From Octopus vulgaris (lineage: Eukaryota), in the NCBI GenBank assembly GCA_951406725.2, contig OX597825.1:70494001-70558000 (forward strand): a stretch of DNA of 64,000 nucleotides, given 5' to 3'. Below the pieces are notes generated by a model. That model was not told where the DNA came from and did no database searches. It was given only the letters and a program-made list of their open reading frames with translations. This document shows, piece by piece, positions 35,899 to 49,984 of this stretch; the stretch's first letter is position 1; the number at the start of each line of letters is the position of its first letter. Position numbers and translations under genes: made by a program.

Positions 35899-38798
35899 CA
35901 TTATTATTATCATTATTATTATTATTATTATCATTAACAACATCATCATCATCATCATTATTATTATTATTACCAATATACTATTCTGTACACAACCAAA
36001 AATGCTTTATTCACACACACACAAACGCACACACACACACACACACACAAATGCACACAGATACATACACACGTACATAGGTTTAGGTTAAAAAGCAGTG
36101 ACGTCCAAATGTTGACTGAAAACAAAAAAAGGAAACAAATAAATAGATAAATAAATAAGTAGCAAGGTTTTAGTAAATCTCTGCTTCTTGCTGTCTTTGG
36201 AAATGGCAAAGCTTGGGGAATAAAGGCTGTCTCCACAGGAACCAATTCCGATTCCAGTTCAAGGAAAAAATCAACCCAAAACAGAAGAATGGAAAATGTG
36301 GTAGGGCTAGAGGTGGGGTGGGGGAGAGGTAGAAAAAAGAAACTGAAGCTCATTCACGAGGATGCTGGAAAAATAGTCGTTAATTTTTTTAATTTTTTTT
36401 TGGCATTTTTTTTTTCTTTTTCGTTTGACTTCAAGAATATGAAAAGCAATAAAGAAGAAAAAGGAGTCGAAAATAGAAAAATAAAACAATGAATAAAATA
36501 AATAAATAAATAAAATACAAAAATCATACATGTCATGCAGGCATTGCCAAGTTGATATCTAACAGTGAGATAATTAAACATGCTTAATATCTCTTTGATA
36601 GCAACAGATATCCTTTTTCGTCCTGTTGCTCAATCACATATTTTCTGTCTTTTTTTTTCTCATCAGCAGAAGTCCATTTATTACAGAAGTGTGTTGTACG
36701 TTTTAATATACTAAAAAAAAATCGGTACCACAGGTTGGAGAAGGGTGGGTGGGTGTGTGGCTGGCTGTATTATTTATATTATCGTTAAGAGAAAAATTTT
36801 CATAATTTATCCAGTGTAATCAAATTTTGATTTTGAAGAGATTATTTCAGAGAAATATTTTAAATATGCAGTGAAACAAATTATAGTGGAGGAGAATGAT
36901 TTTTCCAATTAAAAACTGTTTGATAAGTGGTTGGTAATTTTGTAATATAATTAATAAACATGATATTTTGGTATATAATAGAATAAATACAATATGTCAT
37001 AATTTATAAAATGCCATCACAAATGTGATATATTATAATACAGTATCATATGTCAAGCAATATCTTGTAATATCAGTTGATAATGTTACAGATGTTTTAT
37101 AATATTATAAAAGTCATATTTGATGTTTTGCAAAATAAATATAACATGCAATATTTATAATATGATGTGATATTTTGTAATATGGCATATAATATGCAAC
37201 ATTTTGGAATGTGATATAATAACGTATTTTTGATATTTTGTATTATGACATAATACAGTGTGTTATTTATGTGAATATATTGGGACTTTTTTGTCAGGTG
37301 GTGTAATATGTGGTGTTTTCTAACATACAATATGCAATGATATATTACATTAAATTGTTAACAACAGATTCCTGTGGTGTAAAAAATCATTCACACTAAT
37401 CTGTCATGCTGTGGAAAGGGAGTAGAAAAAATTGTGTGCACAGTAGAGTGAGAGACAAAGACAGAGGTTCAAACAATCACAAGGGGCCCATGCACTCACA
37501 CATCTATGTTACAGAGATGATGAAAGTATGCGTGTGTGTGTAAGAGAGAAAGAATGAGACAGAGCGAGAGAGATTCAAATAAACACTACTAGCACATACA
37601 CACACATGCCAATGCTCTTGGTGCATGCACACACACCTAACAGTTTAATACTTGCTGATTGTGTCTTAATTAAACTATGGAATACCAATAGGGTTACCTA
37701 ATATTGTATAATACACCATACTACATTATATATATATAATAGACATTGTAATGATAGATAATGGTTTCATATTTTGGTTTTTGGCACAAAGCCAACAGTT
37801 TTAGGCGAAGGGTCAAGTTGATTGTATCAACCCCAGTGCTCGAATAAAACTAATTTTGACAAACTTGATAGATTGAAAAGCTAAGATGACCTCAGCAGAA
37901 TTTGAACTCAGAAAGTAAAAATTTGGAAGAAATGCTACCAAACATTTTGCCCAAAGCACCAACGATTCTGCCAGCTAACTACCTTCGTAATGGCATATAA
38001 TAAATAATCAGTTCAAATTTTGGCACAAGGCTGGAAATTTAGGGGGAGGGATTAAGTCGATTACAACAACCTCAGGGTTCGACCCCCGATATTGTGCCAA
38101 AATTCGAAATCAATATTTTGATATAACATAAAACAATGTAATAGTGAAAATAAAACTAAAATGAAATTTTTGTTATATCAAGTGACTCAAAATGAGATTT
38201 TAGTTTACAGATGGTCTTCAATGTGTATTGAAACAGGAAGCACCTTATAAGTAGGTAGTGGATGATAAACATAAATCAGTTACCTACTTGCCATCCCTTA
38301 CATGCCCTTAACAAAGTGCACTCTGTTCAATGCAAACATTTAGACTTGGTCTTCAACCTGAGGGTTCTTCAAGAAAACAGCTCCTATTCTCTAGGAATAC
38401 CTGACCAAAAGTTAGACCACCACAGGAATTAAAAATTATTGATGAAACCTATACTGGCATGAAATATTTTCACTCAACCATGTGAGGAATGGACTAAGAA
38501 GGATGCCAAGAGCAGAAACAAAATCATCATCATTATCATCATCTTCACTCAATGTCTACTTTTCTAAACTTGCATGGGTCAGGTGGAATTCGTTGAGGCA
38601 GATTTTGTACGGCCAGATGCTCTTCCTGTTGCCAACCCTCACCTGTGTCCAAACAAGGAAGATAGGAAACAAATAATCACTTCTATGATGGGGATACCTT
38701 TTTGCAATCATCACATGATGTCAAGACATGGACACAAACACACACACACACATACATGTGGATTTAGTAGCTGGAAACTGAAAGAAGTCCTTCATACA

Positions 38799-38858
<60 letters not shown>

Positions 38859-38919
38859 TATATAATTCAAGTGTGTGTGTATTTTGTTTTGTATTTATAT
38901 TTTTATGATTGTACTTTAT

Positions 38920-39047
38920 AATCCCTGATGAGGCCTAGAGATATATATAAGTACCTCATTTTCAACTGCCTATTACCTCAATATAGTTGACTAATATGGG
39001 CAGAATGAGATGCTTTTATCTATAGGCTGAAACAGCTGTAAGTGATT
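38920..39047 (+). ncRNA. Hammerhead motif (CUGAUGA) with about 100-nt stem II and degenerate stem I, in a TA-flanked element (about 38865-39228)
   Basis: CTGATGA-GGCCTA...TAGGCT-GAAA-CAGCTG-TA. Palindromic stem III ACAGCTGT; stem I only partly paired (aatc/gatt). Confidence 0.6.
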
Positions 39048-39226
39048 TTAATAATTTATATTCATGTTTTTTAATAATTGCTTGTATTCTTATTTTATAT
39101 GCATAGAATAATATACTATATGTATGTATGTTATCATAATTATCATTTTAATAAATAAATAAGTTAACATTTTAATGTCCCAAAAGTTGATGAACCAACT
39201 ATTGCACTTCTCCATTTTCTTATTTG

Positions 39227-39262
<36 letters not shown>

Positions 39263-39595
39263 GACTTGTTCCAGTTTCCATCTACCTAATCCACATACAA
39301 AGCTTTGGCCAGCCCAGGATTATAATAGAAGACACATGTCCAAGGTGTTACAGAGTGGGATTGAATCCAAGACTGCTCAATTGAGAAGTAAGCTTCTTAA
39401 TAACACAACCATGCCTGCACTTTTATCTAATACATAAAAGAAGAGAATAGAAAGCATGTGTGTCTGTATGTGTGTGTGTGTGTGTTCAAGCAGTTATATG
39501 GAGAAAGATGGATGACAAAGCTAGAAATAAAAAATTAAGATACAATCAAAGAGGATGAGAAGTGGTGTGGTGGTGGTGGTGGTGCTACAGCTGGT

Positions 39596-39637
<42 letters not shown>

Positions 39638-39849
39638 TATGTATGCATGAAATGTTGTGTGGCATGTGTGTTATGTGGTAAGTTTGTGTGTGTGCAAGTA
39701 TGTGTGTTTAGAGGATTGTGTACATGTGTGTGCGATGTAGCAAGCAAGTGTGTAGTGGACCATAAAATGGAAAAAGATAAAAAAAAAACACTATGATAGA
39801 TATTTTAAATTGGCAAGAGAACAACACAGTACAAAACACCTTACACCTT

Positions 39850-40268
39850 TGTACTGAATTTGGCCAAACTTAAGACTGAATCGGTCCAACACCGAGCTGA
39901 AACTAGTAAAGCTTAGGACTGATTCGTTCAACTTGAGACCAAATTTGGTCCAGTATAGGACTTAGCTTACTCTAGTTTACCAGTGAAATTCATCGGCTTT
40001 AGAACAGAATTTGGTCCAGCTTGGGACAGAACTTGATCAAACTTAAGACTGATCTTAGTTCAACTTAGGACTAAGCTTGGTCAAACTCAGTACACCTTTG
40101 TACTTGAATTATTCAAAGTTAGGACTTAACTTTATCCAATCTAAAGTAGGACTCAACTCAGTATAACTAAGTCAAACTGAACAGCTCAACTGAGCAATGA
40201 ATTGAGTAGTAGATGGTTTTGAATTTGATCCCATTTAGGACTGAACTTAGGATAAAGATGGAGGACTT
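39850..40268. repeat. Degenerate about 23-bp minisatellite (aacttaggactgaatttggtcc-like)
   Basis: Recurrent acttaggact / ttggtcca motifs. Confidence 0.7.
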
Positions 40269-40475
40269 AAACCAAAAAAAGATTAACATTTTGTGTATCA
40301 TAGAATGACAACATAAAGCAAGAGTGAAAATATGTGTGTGTGTGTGTGTATCTGTGTGTATATGTCCGCATGTATAGCCGGGGAAGGGGGGGGGATAGAA
40401 TAGGGGGATGGAGAGAAAAAAAGAATTTTTGTTTAGATAGACCATGAAATAATATATACATACATACATATATAC

Positions 40476-40528
<53 letters not shown>

Positions 40529-40674
40529 CATGTATATGTATCTGTATATATGTGTCTACCTCTGTGTGTGTGTATGTGCATAGGCACATACATACATACA
40601 TACACACACACTTCTGCAACGATGGACTTCTGTGGTGCGCAGCAGCACTGCTCAATTCCGGGGGAACTACTCAC

Positions 40675-40758
40675 TTTTATCCTTAATAACCTGAATGGTG
40701 GACCTTGTATGTCGCATCAAATGGTACGAAGCATTGCATGGCTTCGATTCCTTGAGAT
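40675..40758 (-). CDS. MYO9: Candidate 84-nt cassette (or alternative first) exon of MYO9 (DLKESKPCNASYHLMRHTRSTIQVIKDK)
   Basis: Branch-like ctgat, pyrimidine tract, tgtag| acceptor and strong |gtgagt donor. Phase 1 to 1 in a phase-1 intron, open frame, non-repetitive island. Confidence 0.5.
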
Positions 40759-40882
40759 CTACACATCCAAGAAGGAGATTAAGGAATAAACATCAGTGAG
40801 AGCTTTAACCAAGAAAAATGAATTGACAAGGAATTGGTTTTGTTTTACACAAAAAAAATATATAATTTTGTCACATAAAAGA

Positions 40883-40914
<32 letters not shown>

Positions 40915-41174
40915 AAATAAATAAATGGAGTTAAACGCAGGTGTTATTCAAATTCTTTTACTTCCGACACATGTTTCGAAGATATCCCGACACGTGTTTC
41001 GAAGATATCGCTCTATTTATTTATTTATATATATTATATAAAATATATAATGTAAACCCGAAGTTTTTGCCTTTAAAAACAAGGAGTTACAACCTTTTTA
41101 CTTGTGTGATCTTTTGCTACCCTGGTAACTATTTAGATATTTTTTTCCATGTTAATTGTTAACAAGGGAAACAT

Positions 41175-41245
<71 letters not shown>

Positions 41246-42316
41246 CAAAAACAAAAATACAAATTGCAGATTACTGTTTCCCCAAACATATTTTAACAAT
41301 CCATCATCATCATCATTTGATTCCATTCCCATCAATTTTATTTCCAATGTCTTCTTCTCCACCCTCATTTTAGCATTTAAATTGGCTATGTACAGGCTAA
41401 ATATTCTACCTGTTTTTCAGTCATATAGGCCAGATCTGGCCTCTCGAGCTTAATCTACAATGTCATTCTAAAAATATGCAATCATATCTTCAAAAGATCG
41501 AAGCTACAAGATAATCCAAGATTCATTCAAAATGACGTGGATAAACAGATATTAAATTTAACAGAATAATCTATATGCTAAAGGGTTAACCTTTAGCATG
41601 CTTAAGCACATCATGTCACTGCACAGGTTTTCTCCCCTGTAGCTTCAGCTGCAATGTGTTGCATTGAGAGAGGAGAAACCTCACACGGCAGCATGAAGCA
41701 CCTACAAAATGCTAAAGATTAAAGAATAATCTTCCAAAACAATCAGTTGGAAATTGAAAACATTGGTGATGATAGGTGTGCAATAAAAAAAAAAGTTATG
41801 TGATAGTTTACTGACAGTAAAATAATTAGCTTAACTGAATCAATTTAACATATCTGGTGTTGTCTTGCTAGCTCTGCTATAAAATTCAACAGAGACATTT
41901 AATGAAAATAAAAATTAAAAAATGGTATAAAATTTGATGTTTTATTTACAATATTTTATTTTCAGTAAATATAGTTTAATATATCATGTACCAACTTGAA
42001 GCCCAGTTTTCTACATAAGACATGGGGTACAGAGTCACAGAAGGTTGCATCTATGAATTGCATTTATAGTGTAATTCCTTACCAAATACTGAAACATAGA
42101 TCACAGATGAAATAAAGGAATACTAAATTCAAGCCCATGTTCTTTTTTTTTTCTCTCATTATTAACGTGCTCTTAATTATATTACATCATAGCCCTCCTC
42201 AGACTACATAAAACCTTGTGAGATCAGGCAACTGTAGAAGTTTAACATGATTAACAATAAGAGCCAAAACCTGAATGGCTAAATTACCACACACTGAGTG
42301 CAGTGTGTGTGTGTGT

Positions 42317-42368
<52 letters not shown>

Positions 42369-42426
42369 TTGATTTAGTATTTCTAAATTGAATTTTTCCC
42401 TGTAAGTTTGGAATAATATTCTCTCA

Positions 42427-42471
<45 letters not shown>

Positions 42472-42472
<1 letters not shown>

Positions 42473-42681
42473 AGGGTGTCCCAGAAGTCACGTACCATTC
42501 TGGTTTTCATTTAAAATAATTAAAGCATTTTATTCTATCATACTTTTTTCTGCCTGTTTTATTGTAGAGGGTGCTCAAATTGAGCATTTGCTGCAATTAA
42601 TTTCAATAAAGTGTTTTTGAAATCAAGAAGGATGTATTCTTTTAAAAAACCAGAATGGTGCACATTTTCTAGGACACCCTG
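42472..42681. mobile_element. Tc1/mariner-type MITE
   Basis: TA-cagggtgtcc ... ggacaccctg-TA termini with extended subterminal inverted similarity. Confidence 0.8.
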
Positions 42682-42867
42682 TATATATATATATAACAAA
42701 TTGTTTACACCTGGTAGTTTATATTTGCCATATCTTATATGTATTGAATTATAAGATATATATGTATGCTATTAAGGTTCTCATTTTGTTAAATTAATAA
42801 ATAATTCAACATTCTAATATCTGAAAGTTGATGAACAAACTAAATTGTTTCTCCATTTTCTTATTTG

Positions 42868-42923
<56 letters not shown>

Positions 42924-43135
42924 GCACATACACATACATACTTGTTTGTATTGTGTTTTTATTTCATGCTATATTTATAAGCAATTTAACATTAAACTGA
43001 AAGATTACTCAACACATTATTTTTAGTAAAATACATGTTCAGTAAACTGTAACAGGGTAAGAGTTGACAACAACTTCAAAGATTCGGTTTGCTTAAATTC
43101 ATTACTGTGATATATGCATGCATGTGTGTGTGTTG

Positions 43136-43178
<43 letters not shown>

Positions 43179-44413
43179 CAAGTTTAAATGGATGGATTAC
43201 AAAAAAAGAAATTAAAAGAAGCATTAACACTAGGAAAAAGCCTTAACGAATCTCAAGGAAATAGAAAAAAATAACATCAACTATTGGTAAGGGTTCCAAT
43301 TGCTTTCTGTTTTCCATTAATAGGAAATTCCAATAAATTTAAAATCAGTTCTGTACATCTTATAACTTAACTATCGAACTTATACTAGTGGGTTGCCCTT
43401 CCCATCTCCATACAGGTCATTTCTCTTGACTCTTATTTCTACATATATAAATGAAAAAAAACCCAGCTAGTTGCAATGTTATATCATCAAGGAGAATTAT
43501 AGTCATCAACTAAGTGTGATTAAGGGTGTCAAGACACCTACATGTAGCAATGTACTCACATTTAGTTAACACCTGTAATTATATATATATGGACACACAC
43601 CTACAAATGTGTGTGCATGCAAGTGTATCAGGCATGAATATGAAACTGTTTCATTTTCTTTCAAACAGACCTAACTCTATGTTATTTATTTATCATAACA
43701 TGTTATTTAGTTATTTATTTTGTTTTTGCTTTTTTTTTTTTTTGAGGTCCCCCAGGAAATCTTTCTCTCCATGTGTCTAAGATAAGACATTCCAGAAGAA
43801 CTCTTCCTCTTCCTTTCCCAAGTTACAGCAAAAATGGGTGTGGAGGGCAGTAGAACACAGATACATACAACTGTCTTTGCCACTTTACAGCAGTAAGCTG
43901 CACCACTGCATGGGACTTATTTACAACTAGGCAAGCAGAGCCATAAACGATGTGGCACTGGTGGTGAAACACAACAGCAGGTTCTTGGCTAGTTAACTGA
44001 CCATACCAACCAAAACCAGTTAAAACCACATTTTTTTTCAGAGATGTATTTGCCAGGCAAATGATATGATCTGAGATCATTATCCTTAAATCCTTAAAAA
44101 TGTTTTAGCCCGAAGGCTGCGGCCATGCTGGGGCACATGGCAGACACATATTGACCATTCAAGAATACAGTGGGATCAGGTCAGTGACCAGATCACTGGT
44201 TGGCATGATGAAAATTTTGTCACCAAATAATAAATCTTTAAGAGAAGTTAAGGCATAGGAGGGGCTGTGTGGTAAGTAGATGGTCCCGGGTTCAGTCCCA
44301 CTGCATGGCACCTTGAGCAAGTGTCTTCTACTATAGCCTAGGGCCGATCAAAGTCTTGTGAGTGGATCTGGTAGACGGAAACTGAAAAGAAGCCCATAGT
44401 ATATATGTATGTG

Positions 44414-44450
<37 letters not shown>

Positions 44451-46713
44451 ATGTGTGTGTGTGTGTGTATGTATGTGTGTGTGTGTATATGTTTGTATGT
44501 CTGTGTTTGTCCCCCCCAACATCGCTCGACAACCGATGCTGGTGTGTTTAGGTCCCCCGTAACTTAGCGGTTCGGCAAAAGAGACTGATAGAATAATTAC
44601 TAGGTTTACAAAGAATAAGTCCTGGGGTTGATTTGCTCGACTAAAGGCGGTGCTCCATCATGGCCACAGTCAAATGACTGAAACAAGTAAAAGAGTCTTT
44701 GTGTGATTTTGAATGGCTTGGATGTATCTGCCAGGCTGCAGTCATTTATAACTATTTTCTTTCTTCTTAGATTCTGAATAAACTGTTAATAAAATATATG
44801 ACACTATGTTGTCGACATGGTAACCCAGGTTCGAAATCTGGTCATGACAGCTAATACTATCAATTTTATTTTTAAATTTATTTTAAAGATGGCAGCCCAG
44901 CATAGCTGCAGCCTCTAGCTGGCACCATTAAAAGTTAAAGTGGTAAGAATGTAAAAAACAAAAAAAAAAGTAACATAGTTATTTGTTATTTACATGTAAC
45001 GGCCCTTTAATACAACAAAACAGCTAAAAATCAGCTTCAATAAAAAGAATTCTTTTTGTTATACAACAAACAGGGAATTATGAGGTCTGAAATAATTATG
45101 GAAGAAGAACTGATATTTATGTTTCTAATTTGTAGAGGAGGAACAGAGAAAAAAAAATGTTTAAAATACATACATTTACCAGCATTTGGTAATACCGCAA
45201 ATGAAAAAATTACATTTTGTGGCACCAGAAATGGATGAAAGAACTTTTGTCCAAACAATGAGAGACACATATGGTTGATTGCCATATTTATATACATATA
45301 CATCTGTGTATATATAGATATATATATATATACACACTTGTACAGGTAAAGCTTTGGTATTCTGACAAGGTCAGACAGACCAAAACACATATGTCCATAG
45401 CTGTTGCCTGCTTACAAACAAAGAGATCAGACTGTCCTTTCACTAAGTATGCAAATTAGCATGCAAATTTATTTGCAGTTTACTGAAATTATCTCCCCTT
45501 TTACTTTCATTTTCCTTATCAATTGCCACAAGGTCCTTTTTGCTTCCTGCTTCAAACTGAATTCGAGGCAGGAAACCCTAGGAAGTTTCACAAGCACTCA
45601 TCTTTAAGTGCACTGCTTCTAATAGCAGAAACAGTTGTAAGCTAATGAAGTTCATTGCATAATTACATGTTCTTTTGTCGTTAATTGATTGCTTCATTGA
45701 TGTATGTGGAGGTACATGGCCCAGTGTTTAGAGCAGCGGACTCGCGGTTGAGGGATCATGGGTTCGAATCTCAGACCAGGCAATGTGTGTGTTTATGAGT
45801 GAAACACCTAAGCTTCACATGGCTCAGGCAGAAGGTAATGGTTAACTTCAACTGATTCTTTCACCACAACTTTCTCTCACTCTTTCCTCCTGTATGTTGC
45901 AGCTCACCTGTGACAGACCGGCATCCCATCCAGGTGGGGAACCTATATGCCAAGGAAACCGGGAAACTGGACCTATGAGTCAGGCATGGCTTGAGAAGGA
46001 ACAAACAAACAACATTGACGTATGTATGCACACATACACACACACAGGTCAGTTATACTGTCCAGTTATGATAAATGTTGCAATAACTATCTATAGTATA
46101 CCAGGCCACACTGTCTACTGTTCCATAACCAATCATGGTGATGAGGTAGTGATGGTTATAGTAATGATGATGGCAGTGATGGTGGTGGTGGTGGTGGTGG
46201 TGGTGGTGGTGGTAGTGACAATGACACTAGTAATGATGGTTGTTGAAGTGGTGGAGGAGGAAGAGGAGGAAGGGTGCAAGGTGGTGGTGATAGTGATGGT
46301 GGTTACAAGCTTAAGAGTAGTGATCATCATAGAAGTAACAATGATGACGGTGGTGTCGATAGCAGAAGTAGTGGTGGTGGTGGTAGTGGTGGTGGTGGTG
46401 GTTGTGAAGGTAGTGGTAATAATGACAGTAGTGGTGGTGGTGACAGCAGTGGTGATGGTGATGAGGATGGTGATGCTTCCAAGGGCACTTAATCTTTTAG
46501 ACAGAAAGTGATCCATGGTGGAATGCCATCGAATTTCAACACGAAACTTCGGAAGGGAATTTCTAGAAATGCTATTGGCACTACAGAATAAAGAATGGTA
46601 AACGAGTGTAAAGAGGACTGATTCTGTGTGCTTGTGCTTAGGTTTAGAGGTGTGTTTCTGAATGACAAGTGGAAGCCAGTGTATGCAAACTGATAACTCT
46701 GTATGCCTAAGTG

Positions 46714-46750
<37 letters not shown>

Positions 46751-46773
46751 CTGTGTGTGTATATGTGAGAGAG

Positions 46774-46825
<52 letters not shown>

Positions 46826-48436
46826 ACTGAGTCAGAAAAGGGAACTGGAACATATGTGAAATCTTCACCATCATCATCATCTTTTGATGTCTGTTTTGTT
46901 CCATGTTTGCATATGTTGGATGGAGTTTCCTTGAGGCAGATTTTCTTCAGCCAGATGTCTTTTCTTGTTAACTCTCACCTGTTTCCAAGCAAGGTATAAT
47001 ATTTCCATGAGGCCTGACCTTCCAAGAGAATACTGGAAATGAATACCAGTTCTATGACTGTGACACTTATTTACAACTACCACACGGTATCAAGAAAGAA
47101 GACACAAACACACACTTATTGAAATGTGTGTGTTTGTGTATGTGTGTGCCTTGATCATCATTAATGTCCACCTTCCATGCTAGCATGGGTTGGACGATTT
47201 GACTGAGGACTGGTGAACCAGATGGCTACACCAGACTCCAATCTGATCTGGCAGAGTTTATACAGCTGGATGCCCTTCTACAGCTGGATACCAACCACTC
47301 CGAGAGTGTAGTGGGTGCTTTTACGTGCCACCAGCACGAGGGCCAATCTGGCGGTACTGGCAACGGTCATGCTCGAAATGGTGTTTTTTACATGCCACCT
47401 ATTATGTAAAACAGTGGTTCCCAAACTTTTCGGCCTTGACACCCACCCCACATTCCTAGCACCCCCACCCCAACTAAACCATCACAAACATAGACCTCTT
47501 TCTGAAGCAAATTCAAACCAACTGTATTTCACAAATAAAACTTAACTTCATGAACCCATTATGTTGTTGTTTTACATGAATCACCGCTCCATTACCGCCC
47601 GAATTTTTACTTGAATAGCTACCCCATTATCGGCCTCTTGGAACTTTCTACCACCCCCAGGAGGGCAATACTACCCACTTTAGGAACCAGTGTTGTCAAT
47701 AAAAGGATAAAATTCATCATCGTACATGTGGTGTTCTTCATTCTCTAACTTCTGTGCAAGCATGTTTGGGTCGTCAGGGGGAAAATATTAACTTACTTGG
47801 AAACAGGCAAGGGTTAGCAACAGGGAGGGCACCTAGCCGTAGACAATCTACTTCAACAAAATTCTATCTAGGCCATGCAAGCATGGTAAAGTGAAGGTAA
47901 AAATGATGATGATGTGCATATTTAGATTACATTAAACCACAAAAGCCACAAAGGAAAATTGTATAATAGGAGATATGATCTCAAAACAGTCATTATTTTG
48001 CCCATACAATGTTGCTCAGGTGATATTTGTGAAAAAAAAAAAAAAAAACTATTATGCTTTCATATAATGTACAAACATGTATTCAGAAATCCAATATTTT
48101 AAGAGGTAGCTGGCTCAGTTTTGTCGGCTGAACGGCAAATGCATGAAACCGCTGGTAGAGACATTTTGAGCCATCCAGTTCAAATTTCATATCAGAAAAT
48201 ATTCTGCTTCCACATATTGAGCTTAGAGGTCTATCACTTTTAGGTTAATCAACATAAATTAATAAATGTATTGTTGGTGTCATAAGAATTTATAAACTTT
48301 CAAGACAACATGAAATAATTGTTTCTTTTTTTCTTTTTTGAAACAGTGGATCTCAAAGCACATATATAGTATATAGTATATGAATACTGAGTTGAAAAAC
48401 ATTTTTATAGCTTTATGTGCTTCAAGATCTATTGTT

Positions 48437-48489
<53 letters not shown>

Positions 48490-48493
48490 ATAT

Positions 48494-48545
<52 letters not shown>

Positions 48546-48714
48546 GTACATATATATATATATGTATGTATAATATATATGTGACAAATACAAGCATATC
48601 AAATACTTCACAACATAGATTCTTGATTGATTAAAATTATTTCTGCCTCCAGAGAATGTGTCTTAATTACAAAATAGAAACCAAGACTACCACACACACA
48701 CATATGCATACACA

Positions 48715-48745
<31 letters not shown>

Positions 48746-49573
48746 CCGAGAGGTATCCATCTACAACCTAGACTCTAATATTCTGGTTTCCTGTGCGTGT
48801 GTGAAAAAACATTTTTTGAAATCCTTTAGTATTCAGCCCACACTGTAAAATACAATATGCTTATTTATTTGCCTTGTTTTGAATTCACCATGCATTATGT
48901 CACATCCTCAAGACTTTGATGATGTGCTCATTTTTACAATGATATAGCAGGACGAATACAAAAGGTAGGATCTATGGTTTGAACATAAAACAGGAGAATA
49001 TTTGAACCAGATATGACTGGTATTGATGCCAAATGGTTTAATTATGCTATAACCAATATCATTTTCATTATTAAACAATAAAAACAACAAAAAAATCTGA
49101 CAGGCACATCATCAAAAGCATTCAACTCTTGATAATCCCATATGTGTGTGCACATATATATGTGTGTGTGTGTGTGTGTGTCTGTAATTGTTAAACAGGA
49201 TGTCAAACATTATGTACCTAATTGTTTAGATCACCTGTGAACTAAACCCCTATACATTGTATATATATATATGAAGGGATATAATTAATAAATACCCTAG
49301 AAACAGCTGTAAGACCTTCTATCTATAAATGTTCTAATATCTGCACAGCCTTGGGTTTTTTAAATCTCATTATGCAAAAAAATTATTTTATATATATATA
49401 TATATGTACTGTAACAGTTTTAAAGTAAGATAATAGGGTGTTTATATGCATGCATGTATAAACATGCGCATACATATATACAAGTGTGTGTGTAGTTGTA
49501 TAAATGCATGCATGCATATACACAGGTGTACATGAATATATAAAAATGTTCATGTGCACACACATATATATAT

Positions 49574-49616
<43 letters not shown>

Positions 49617-49699
49617 AAGGTGCATATATGGATGTAGATGTACAGATGTGCATGTATATATTGTGTGTGTGTATACATATACACACACATATATATACA

Positions 49700-49739
<40 letters not shown>

Positions 49740-49984
49740 ACATGTATGTATGTTTATAGAGGTAAACACAGATGTACTACAACTATTTCTAATGTTAATA
49801 CAAGGCAGAGAGAAAGGAAATCATTCTTTAAAGAGATCCAACTGTGAAATTTGAACCCAGAACTTAGCGATGGTTGAAATTCCGGTAAGCATTTCGTCTA
49901 GCATGCTAACAATTCTGCCAGCTTGCCACCTTAACAACAACAACAATAATCCTTTAAACTATAGGCACAAAGCCAGAAATTCTG

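Noticed and set aside
35970-36353. Minus-strand ORF with a unique-looking stretch (LELESELVPVETAFIPQALPFPK)
   Set aside because: No convincing AG/GT pair in a compatible phase.
41591-41718. Short imperfect inverted repeat (pre-miRNA-sized)
   Set aside because: Arms are heavily mismatched and adjacent to a MITE; most likely a decayed DNA element.
45894-46516. Long Val-rich and Thr-rich (mucin-like) ORFs
   Set aside because: GGT/GAT microsatellite downstream of a SINE, with no splice-compatible context.
48112-48172. Hairpin enclosing CTGAACG...GAAACCGCTGGTA
   Set aside because: C3/C8 mismatch, A9 lost and poor stem I register; insufficient for a ribozyme call.
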